Assembly: GCF_018350175.1 (NCBI RefSeq) | Contig: NC_058368.1 | Coordinates: 166,658,001-166,722,000 of the forward strand | Reading direction: 5' to 3' | DNA: 64,000 nt | Source of the DNA: Felis catus | Lineage: Eukaryota | In this document: positions 54,330 to 64,000 of the stretch, piece after piece | Position numbering within the stretch: the first letter of the stretch is position 1 | Layout: each line of letters starts with the position of its first letter | Notes under the pieces: model-generated | What the model saw: only the letters and a program-made list of their open reading frames with translations | The model's database searches: none | What the model was told of the DNA's origin: nothing | Position numbers and translations under genes: made by a program

Positions 54330-54772
54330 TGCACCTGTTATTATAAGGGCTCTCAGATCAGTGGTTCTTCTTACAAATTATATAATAAGTAACATCATGG
54401 AAGAATGTGGGAGAAAGCAAAAGCGAATGAGAGGGCTTTTGTTCATGCAAACATTGTGTGATTTTCAATTGAAAATTTTTTTTGAGTTTGATGAGAAATA
54501 GGTTCAATGTTTTAGAGTGAAATTTATAGTAGATTGTAAGTCTAGTAAGTTAAATGGTACTAGATAAAAATCAACAATGTGGACATTTGATAAACTTTTT
54601 ATATGGTAAAAATGACTTAAATATTATTTAATGGGTAGTAACAAAAATAATTAGGTTAAAACTTAATTTATTCAATGTTATATATTCCAGTGGAACTGGT
54701 GTGAATGAAAGCTAAATTATTCAATTAATATTGTAAAAGCCACAGCAAATGTGTTCTAAAAATACATAACTC

Positions 54773-54873
54773 GGGGTGCCTGGGTGGCTCAGTTGGTTAA
54801 GCGTCTGACTTCAGCTCAGGTCATGATCTCACGGTTCGTGGGTTCAAGCCCCGTGTCGGGCTCTGTGCTGACA
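54773..54873 (+). mobile_element. 3'-truncated Can-SINE (tRNA head only)
   Basis: ggggtgcctgggtggctcag...ctctgtgctgaca, followed by unrelated sequence. No CT tract, poly(A) or TSD. Confidence 0.9.
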
Positions 54874-55067
54874 TTTGTTTATGTCCCATATAGTCAATGG
54901 TAGCATAAATATATCCCTATTATAGTGAATAGTAAAGCCAGTATTATTAAGTGTCTATAAATATTATTTCAGGAAAATATCCCAAATAATTAGTTTCCTA
55001 TTGTGAATTAAGTGGTATGCATTTTAGTTTAAAATAATCACTTAATAAATATTAGTTATTTTTTAGC

Positions 55068-55104
<37 letters not shown>
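55068..55104. repeat. (TAT)n microsatellite
   Basis: About 12 units, read directly. Confidence 0.9.
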
Positions 55105-55265
55105 CCTGTTACGTAAGTTAAGTCACTTACAAAGTACCATCAGTATTTGAGGGGCTGAGGCTAGAGAAAAACAATTATGGGCTTTATTAAATTATACACA
55201 AATAGCATTTGTTGGCCAAACACATATCACATCAGCAACACTTTGCATTGTTTGAGGTTGTTTTA

Positions 55266-55475
55266 TATTTTTTAATGTTTTTGTATTTATTTTTGAGACA
55301 GAGACAGAGCATGAGCAGAGGAGGGGCAGAGAGAGAGGGAGACACAGAATCTGAAGCAGGCTCCAGGCTCTGAGCTGTCAGCACACAGCCCAACACGGGG
55401 CTTGAACTCACAGACCATGAGATCATGACCTGAGCTGATGTTGGACGCTTAACCGACTGAGCCACCCAGTAGCCC
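55266..55475 (-). mobile_element. Can-SINE
   Basis: Perfect TSD tgtttgaggttgtttta at 55249-55265 / 55476-55492. Confidence 0.96.
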
Positions 55476-55751
55476 TGTTTGAGGTTGTTTTAAAGAGAGG
55501 TTGCCTAAGAATCAACTAAACAGAATTATCCATAATTTATTCCTTGCACTGTGAAAATGAAAACTTTCCTTGTTCATGTATTTTGTGGTACTTTCCTTCC
55601 ATTCACTTTATTTTACTTTCACTGTGCACCAAATGGTCAGAAAGGACAGGAACCCTGAAACTTATTTTATCTTTGAGAGACTGAGACAGAGAGAGGTGGC
55701 GGCATACAAAAGAGTGACACACAAGCTGATTATTTAATATAATATTAGAAT

Positions 55752-55951
55752 CTTATTTTATTTTTATTTATTTTAGAGAGAGAGCGCACATGAGCAGGGG
55801 GGAGGGGGATAGGGAGAGGAAAAGAGAAAATCTCAGGCAGACCCCATGCTCAGCATGGAGCCCAACACAGGGCTCAATTCTACGACCCTGGAATCGTGAC
55901 CTGAGCCAAAATCGAGTCAGACACTCAACCAACCGAGACACCCAGGCACCC
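55752..55951 (-). mobile_element. Older Can-SINE
   Basis: Diverged reverse-complemented head (cacccaggcaccc). Partial TSD tataatatta(g/a)aat. Confidence 0.88.
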
Positions 55952-56269
55952 TGATTATAATATTAAAATTTCAGAGAAAATATAATACCTAAATTTATCC
56001 CCAAGGAAATGGAGGTCCTAAAAGTCAAATGACCTGCCCAAGCTTATATAAGTAGGTAGTTGCAATGTTCGAATTATAATGAATCCTTTAAAACTTCCAT
56101 TGTAATTTACGTCATTTCCAGCTATATTTTAATAGGAGACAATGGACTGAAATCCTAAACAGTACTCCTGTATCTGAGAACCTTGAGTTTGCTAAACAGC
56201 AAGCACAAGCAAGATAAGTTTATATGGGCTGTGTGTAGTAGACATTTGTTTTCTTTCTACCCAGCAACT

Positions 56270-56745
56270 ATATCTCTATCATCTTTTATTCAAAGATGTT
56301 CTTCTAACTCTCATTTCAAGCAGTTGACAAGACTAATTTATTTCTTCATCATTAGAGGTGGTCATAAAAGGTAGGCTGAACCAACATATTCACAAACCTC
56401 TGGCCAAAGAAACTGCTGCATGAAGAGCCTAAGAAGAAGAAAATCCCAAGCAACCTTAAAAAGTATTTTGAACCTACAGTAAGGGGAAAATGAATCTTTT
56501 TGAGCCAAAGGTTTCTGAGAGCAAACCATGTGGAGAACATCTTACCAAGACATGTGAAGAACCTGCCTTCATGCTGCCAAAATAAATGGAATAGAGATGA
56601 ACAATAGAGTGACTCCTGATGTCATCTGAGTACTTACATCCGTTTATATCTGGAAATTTGTATAGATGTGTCAATACATTCTCTTTTTCACCGGAGCCAA
56701 TTTGAATCAGGTCTTGTTTGATCACCACCAAGCATTCTACGAAAC
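56270..56745 (+). mobile_element. Old MLT1J/K-like LTR remnant
   Basis: The 3' part tcctgatgtcatctgagtac...gtcaatacattctctttt...gagccaatttgaatcagg resembles MLT1J/K ends. Confidence 0.45.
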
Positions 56746-56920
56746 TCTCTTTCATAACATATTGACACAGATACCTCTCTTCCTAATTGAGGATGAATAA
56801 AATAAGCAACAAAATAGTATATTCCCTTGAAATCTCAAAGGAAAGAGAATATTGCCATAGAGTGTCAGAGGGAGTGTCTATTATTGCAAATGAATTTCTA
56901 CAAGGAATAGAAGAATTTTT

Positions 56921-57128
56921 GGAGATTTTTCTGATGTTTATTTTTTGAGAGAGAGAGAGCACGCAAGTAGGGGAGGGGCAGAGAGAGAGGGAGACACAGA
57001 ATCCAAAGCAGGCTCCAGGCTCTGAGCTGTCACCACAGAGCGCTACATGGGGCTCAAGCTCACCAACCGTGAGATCATGACCTGAGCTGGAATCAGACAC
57101 TTAACTGACTGAGCCACCCAGGTGCCCC
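56921..57128 (-). mobile_element. Can-SINE
   Basis: Complete body. Partial TSD tagaagaatttt / tagaagagtctt. Confidence 0.93.
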
Positions 57129-57722
57129 TAGAAGAGTCTTTTAAAAGTAATTTCTTGTTATCTTCAAAAAGGTATAAGAGGCTACAGGAGAATTGGAGGA
57201 GATAAGCCAAAAATTTAAGGAAGCCAAAATGGGGGGGAAAGTAAGTAAATTTGTGATAAAATATTGGTTAAAATTGGCAAAAAAAGAAAAAAAGTTTAAA
57301 CAGTAGTAAAGCTGTAAGTAATGTGGAAAGCAAGTATAGAATGTCTTTCAGAATGCAAACAGAAGTCACGGAGAGGAAGGTAGAATGACAAAGCTTGGAG
57401 AATGGACTTATCACTTAAGAATCCAACATGAAGAAATAGTTAAAATTGATTTTCTTTTTCTTGGGTTAAAATTCAGCTTAAAAATATGATGTTTCAAGGA
57501 AAATGCCAGAATAACTTTGCCCTAACCAAATTATTTCAGATAATAATGTTTTAGGTTATAAATGTTTTAATTCTGATAACTTTCAGAGACTTAGATTTGT
57601 ATCTGATATGATAATTTCAAATGTTTTGTAAGTTGCAATATATTTCAAGCGGTAATATGTTTTTAACATATAATGTATTTAATATCTTAAATAATGTTTA
57701 AGATATTAAATAGTATTTAATA

Positions 57723-57930
57723 GGGGCACCTGATTGGCTCAGTCAGTTGAGCGTCTGACTTCGGCTCAGGTCATGATCTCACAGTCCGTGAGTTCCCAGC
57801 CCCGCGTCGGGCTCTGTACTGACAGCTCAGAGCCTAGAGCCTGTTTCAGATTCTGTGTCTCCCTTTCTCTCTGACCTCCCCCATTCATGCTCTCTCTCTG
57901 TCTCAAAAATAAATAAAAGTTAAAAAAATA
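57723..57930 (+). mobile_element. Can-SINE
   Basis: Head ggggcacctgattggctcag, CT tract, aataaataaa tail. Confidence 0.93.
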
Positions 57931-58179
57931 AATGTTCAATAAAATTTTTAATTAATGAGCATATTTATTATTAAAAATAAAATTTTAATACTTTCCTAAA
58001 ATGCACATCTTTAGAACATCTTGTTTTTTTTAATTCTCAGGATATTGTGTCTTATTACCATTACCTGAGTACTGTTAAAATGTAGATTTTAATTGCTTAT
58101 AATTAAAACAATGTAAGATTTATGGAACTCTAAGGATGAAATAAATTTGAAATTTCTTCCATTAAAATATCTTTTAAAA

Positions 58180-58375
58180 TTCAACCAACATTTATTGAGC
58201 ACTTGCTGGCTTCCAAGAAATGCTCTAGGTAATGGAAATACAGTGATGAATAAGACAAACCACGAAGTCCCTGCCTTCAAGGTGAGAAGAGAAAAAAACA
58301 GATATCAATAATATATTATCAAAATTTTCAGATTGTGTTAAGGACTGTAAAGGAAATAAGCAATATCAGAGTTAC
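58180..58375 (-). mobile_element. L2 3' end
   Basis: ttcaaccaacatttattgagcacttgct...tgctctaggtaatggaaatacagtgatgaataagaca...gtccctgccttcaagg. Confidence 0.75.
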
Positions 58376-59249
58376 TGGGGTTAGGTGTTATAAGTAATTA
58401 CACTCACCATGATGATTTTCATATTACCAAAGTATTTATTTATTTTAATCTTTGCAGCAATTTAAAAAGGCTAACATGTTTCATGACTTTGGAATAATCA
58501 GACCTTGATTCAAAATCCATAGTACACTTAGTATCCTCATGAACACATTAATAGGAAGGATAGCTATGTAAAGGTGTTACTGGAAATAAAGTTATATTTT
58601 TACAAATCTATGGGAGTGGGCATAATTTATGAAAGCTGTGGGATAGCCTAAGTTCTTACTAAATATTGGATCTCTCTCTTAGGAAGGATTTTTAAGAAAA
58701 TAAAACCAAAAAAAAAAAAGAAGTGTCCAAACACGGGTAAATGCCAGTGTCATTATTATAACTCCCTTCCATTATGTGATAGTTATTTACCAAGTAGTCG
58801 TTATAATATGAAATAAAATTAACTTGGGAATAGGAGCAAATATTTTGTAGCTTTTTACTTCAGTTTTTGATTTTCTGTGAGGCTATCTTCGGGAATCACA
58901 GATAAATTCTGGAGGCTAAAGTGATAATTAACACCATTCCCCATCCATATCAAATATGTAGAATGGCAATATTATCTTACTGGTACTGGCTAATTCTGAC
59001 TCAAACGAGGGAGACAAAAACTGCAAAATGCCTAATGGGCTCTTACTATACCTACTTTGACAGGAAGTGGAAGCAGTATCTAGCAAAGAGATTGTTCTGT
59101 GTATGCTAATTTGATTCACACCTGCCACCACTTCAAAAATGGTTATACTGGAACACTGCTTCTTAATACTGTGGTGGCTTATCAGCCACTTTGCTACATA
59201 TTCTCTGTCAATCAGAGTAATGGAGGCCATTGGAGGAATGCCATTTCTT

Positions 59250-59460
59250 TTTTAAAGTTTCTTTTAAGGTCTCTTTCTTTTTGAGAGAGACAAAGAGCAA
59301 GTGGGGGAGGGGCAGAGAGCGAGGAAGACCGAATCGGAAGCAGACTCCAGGCTCCCAGCTGCCAGCACAGAGCCTGATGTGGGGCTTGAACTCACAAGCC
59401 ATGAGATCATGACCTGAGCCCAAGTCTAACACTTAACCGACTGAGCCACCCACGTGCCCC
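59250..59460 (-). mobile_element. Can-SINE
   Basis: Perfect TSD aggaatgccatttctt at 59234-59249 / 59461-59476. Confidence 0.96.
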
Positions 59461-59708
59461 AGGAATGCCATTTCTTGTGAAAAATTATCTGCAGAGGAAA
59501 AGCTGTTGAGGAATTGATCCTACTAAACCAAACCATGAAAGTGGCCAGCTCACACTCCATTTTAAATCCTGGGGTAGGATGGAAAATACGTGGAACATTT
59601 AGGAGTGCCATTTACTAACACCTAGGATTTTGTGCATTCATTTTTATGAGTAAAAGCATCACTTTTGATATTCTCCTTTTTGTCAAATATTTACATGTCT
59701 TCTCAGAG

Positions 59709-59710
<2 letters not shown>

Positions 59711-59779
<69 letters not shown>
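59711..59779. repeat. Compound (GT)18(GA)16 microsatellite
   Basis: Read directly. Confidence 0.95.
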
Positions 59780-59783
<4 letters not shown>

Positions 59784-60999
59784 TTAAAAGTGTACTTATA
59801 GAGCCACAAGAAAATAAGTATAAAATATAATCAGTATATAATATCCAAATTAAATCATACTTGTTTTTGAAATTGATAAATTAGTCTTCATTAATTCATG
59901 ATAGGAAAGGGTTGTAACTACACTTATATTTCAATTTATAATTCAACGTAGTGTGTTTAACACATAATGTAGAAGTGGAGCAATAATCTAAGCAACTCAA
60001 GGAAATGAAGTATATTATATAATGCATATGATTGTTTCTTTGACCTGACACGTCTACTTCATTTTGCATTTTCTGACCTTTTATCTGAGTGAACAGCACA
60101 ACCAATCTACAGAAATTTCAGTAGGGATACCAGGGTCAGTTTTCACAGCTGATATCACAGCTATAAAGAGAGATGTATGATAATTGTGACCTTACATCCA
60201 TACCGACCCATTTTAGCATGCTTAAATTCCCCCTTTATATAACAAGGGATAGTCCTACTAAACTTAATATTTCAGGTTTTAACATTTTAGACATATTGAT
60301 GTTCTTATTAAACTTTAAGACATTTTCAAAAAGTCTACATTTATTTTAACTTCTCTGGACAAGCTGGAATAATTATTATTGGAAATATAAACATATTTTT
60401 CTTCAGGTACCTTTTCTCCATCATTTAGTCTTATTTGAAAACTGACTACATTACTCCAGAACTTTGAATTTTTGTGTTATGGAAAGGTTATGTAACAAAG
60501 ATTTTTCTGTAGTTGTTATCTGACTTAAAGTTTTCTTTCTTTTTTTATTTCATTCACAGACATTACAAAATAATTACAAATATATCTAGTCCTAAAAATA
60601 ACTTCAGCCAACTTACATCTTTTGGGAAGGAAGGAAAATGACTTCCTGAATAGAATTGTAGCTCCACTGATTTAATCATTGAGTGATCATAGACTTACCT
60701 GAGTTGTGATTTTGTCATCCCATTTATTTCTCACAGAAAGGCTCTGAGGTAATAATATAAAGTTCTAAGCAAGCTGTGGTATATGGTTTATGCTTACTTT
60801 TTACAATCATTTTATACTTTTATGTGTATTTTCACATACATTCTTATACAGCAGATTATATTTTAATACTGCTTTGTAACCTGATGTTTAAAAATTTATT
60901 AATACATTATCAACACATTTCCATGTAAATAAATATATATCTTTTAATCATCTTCAATGATGTAGTACTTCACTACCTACTCCAACCCACTCCAGCAAA

Positions 61000-61830
61000 G
61001 GAAGTACTTCAACTACTCCACTTTAATTGCTGTGTCATAGTTACCAGTTACTTCCTTGAGACTAAATCCAAAGGATGCTTTTCAATCACAGTCTCACTTG
61101 GAATCTCTGTATTATTTGATAGTATTCATCATTCACCCCCAAACACTCTCTAATTCTCCCTATGGCACAACAGCTTATTTAGTTTTCTATGACACTGAAT
61201 ATTCTTTCTTCAGCCAATTTTTGGTTTCTGCTGCCTTCTTAAATTTTGGTAATTCTCATTCATTGTTCAAGGCCCTCTTACTCTCCACACTTTCATAATG
61301 GTCTCATACATTCTTATGTTTCAACACAACTTGGATGCTTCAAGAGCAAGCATGTCCACGACCAACTACCATCCAGGTTTCTTCACTAGATATCTTAGTG
61401 TCACTCACATACTACATGAACATGACGAAAATTCTACTGAGCTCATTGCTTGCTGTGTCCCACCCTTCAAGAAGAAACTTTTCCTGTTTTAGTGCTTCAT
61501 ATTTCATAAATGACACACAGCCTGCCCATGTGTCCAGGTCATAAACATGAAAGTCATCCTTGACTCTAGAGTCCCCCTCCACATTCCTCATATCCAGTTA
61601 CCAAATCTTTTCACTTCTCCTTAAATGCTTCTTTACTTCTTTGTAAAGTAAATGATACCAACTAGTCCAAGCTGTCATGTTCTGTCTCTAGAACATTATG
61701 TTAATTGATCTTCCTGTATGAATTAGCATGTACCATTTGAAATTACCAACATCCAACCATTTTTATGACAATTTGACATGGTTAGGCTTTATCCTAATTC
61801 TCTCAAATTTATTTTACATATTTCTCCTAG
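61000..61830 (+). mobile_element. L2 LINE fragment
   Basis: actaaatccaaagga...tatttgatagtattcatcattc...agtcatccttgactct...ctagtccaagctgtcatg resemble the L2 ORF2/3' region. Confidence 0.65.
61723..61790. mobile_element. MADE2-like mariner MITE inside the L2
   Basis: ttagcatgtaccatttgaaattacc...acaatttgacatggttagg is a degenerate palindrome resembling MADE2. Confidence 0.55.
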
Positions 61831-62589
61831 AGTGTTCTTTAAAAAAAAACACCAAAACGTAAGTGTTGAATAAATATTTTTCACAAGTAAATATGTGCAG
61901 CTATACTTAAGTATCTATGTGACTACCAATTTTTGCTGTAGTCTATCACAAATATTTCACTTGGATAAAAAGTTCTGTAATAAACAGTTGGTGTACAACT
62001 TGCCTGTGTATATATTTAATTAATTTATCAACAAATATTTTAAGGTAGACCTGTTGGGTGCCTATCATTTTGAATCACTGGCAGACATGCCCAACCTCTA
62101 CTCTGAGAGTGTTTGATCTGTACATATAACTCTAGACAAAACCAAGACAGAATTTAGGAGAGCACACTTCAAAAATCCTTGCAATGATACTTTCTTAAAA
62201 CATGCCAAAAGAGAGTATATATACCTAAATGATGTTTTCTGGATATTATTTTACCTAAAACAGTTAATTAATTGCAAATAAGTTACCCAAAAGTATCTTG
62301 GAAAATTTGTAAACTTTAATGTCTATGTATGTATGTATTTTGAGGAAAAAAATCCACTTTTCTATATTTTCTGAAATGTATGGGTTTGTATTTCCAGTTT
62401 GTCCCTGCTGTTGCTATTCTCTACAATGTAATATTACATCTAATAAACATCCAGCAGAAAATGCTATAAAAATCAGTAATGTGACTTGTTAAACAAGTAT
62501 TAGATATTGGAATCATGCTATATATGTTACCTTCACTTTCTATTTAAAGAAATCATTAAATTAAATGATGGCTAGAAAAGTCGAGTATG

Positions 62590-62814
62590 GGGGCGCCTGG
62601 GTGGCTCAGTCAGTTAAGCTGCCGACTTCAGCTCAGGTCACGATCTCGCGGTCCGTGAGTTCGAGCCCCACGTCAGGCTCTGGGCTGATGGCTCAGAGCC
62701 TGGAGCCTGCTTCCGATTCTGTGTCTCCCTCTCTCTCTGCCCCTCCCCCGTTCATGCTCTGTCTCTCTCTGTCTCAAAAATAAATAACACGTTACAAAAA
62801 TTAAAAAAAAAAAA
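62590..62814 (+). mobile_element. Can-SINE (SINEC_Fc), young
   Basis: TSD agaaaa(g/a)tcgagtatg at 62574-62589 / 62815-62830. Confidence 0.96.
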
Positions 62815-63726
62815 AGAAAAATCGAGTATGCTGAAATGATAGAAAGTAAAATAAAAGGATTGCCTGAGAGACAAAGACATGCTAGAAAAATTGTATATGT
62901 GTGAAAAGCTGTAAATCAAATTATTTGATATTTAGCAGTAGTCACTAGTACGTCTTAAAAAAAAATAAGTGAGGCAGGAAAGATCAAATACCTCATCTAG
63001 CAGTTAGTGTATGCTACTATGTAATCATTTCTAGTATTTTAAAATTTGTGAAATAAGGCATCACATTTATTATTTGAAGCGTTAGCTGTAATTTTAATTT
63101 ATTATTTTCTGTTAAGGGCGAGTGTTCTATTATCTGCATTGTAAGTGGAATTTTTATTTGATGCAAGTTTGATACACATTTTTAATTATGGATCATAAAT
63201 TCACTTCCCAGCAAACTTTGCCTGTCTATATGCATTCTTAAAATATACTAAATATTATTGTCTTGGACCTTGTACATTTATTATCAAAGCATTTCAACAA
63301 CTGTGTATGATATTAATACCAGTTTACAATTAAGAATCTGCTCTTTTGTCAGATAGCAGATATCACAGATGTTTTTCCAAAAGTTGTTCTTCACTACAGA
63401 TGTGACAGAGTAGAGGCAAAGAACAAAGCATCAGATTACCTGGTCACAGAAGGCAGAGGTTATGTTCAGGATTGCAAATATCAGGAACTCAAGAAAAATA
63501 CCAGAGTGGTGAAAACTACAAAAAAGGAGAGTAAAACTAAAAAAAAAACAACTGTAAACAAAATTTCTCCTACCTGTTAGCTGACACCCTTACTACCCAT
63601 GTGCTAGGTAAAACTGAAAGAAACATAACTGAGAATAGCAACCATGAGGCTAAGGATATGATTAAAAATTTGAGTAGCTATAGAATACTGGGAAGTAGAT
63701 TTTGGAGTTAAAACTTCACCAAAGTT

Positions 63727-63921
63727 GGGACACTTGTGTGGGCTCAGTTGGTTAAGTGTCCTGCTCTTGGTTTTGGCTCAGGTCATGATCTCAAAGTTAG
63801 TGGGATCAAGTCCCACAACAGGCTCTGTGCTGACAGCATTGATGCTGCTTGGGATTCTCTCCTTCTCTCTCTGCCCCTGGTCTTTCTCTCTCTCAAAATA
63901 AATAAATAAACTTAGGGAAAA
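63727..63921 (+). mobile_element. Older Can-SINE
   Basis: Diverged head. TSD aaaactt(ca/ag)ccaaagt at 63710-63725 / 63922-63937. Confidence 0.9.
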
Positions 63922-64000
63922 AAAACTTAGCCAAAGTGTATGAAGTCTAGTCAGTATCCTAGACCATTGGTTTAAACCCAAAAAATGTCCTTTCTGTAAG

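Overview
AT-rich mammalian genomic DNA, almost certainly from a felid (cat family), judged from the carnivore tRNA-derived Can-SINEs of the SINEC_Fc type and feline-like L1 3' ends. I found no recognisable protein-coding gene, RNA gene or CpG-island promoter. Every ORF in the track that I can interpret comes from L1, SINE or microsatellite sequence, so the window looks intergenic or deep intronic. It holds about 19 Can-SINEs (many with clear TSDs), a dead full-length 7.3-kb L1 (41871-49158, perfect 15-bp TSD), an older near-full-length L1 (34508-40455) with an internal endonuclease deletion, several truncated L1s, HAL1, L2, MIR, MaLR/ERVL LTRs and hAT/Tc-mariner fossils. The most notable structures are rearrangement scars rather than genes. 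They are a multi-jump templated insertion that makes a 90-bp inverted repeat (10357-10446 / 12002-12091), several apparently de novo palindromes (34241-34324, 40931-41038, 57676-57712), and a chimeric double L1 3' end inside a single TSD (3316-3554). I see no convincing new multi-gene system. Repeat family names come from recalled consensus sequences, not a database search, and the boundaries of old repeats are approximate.
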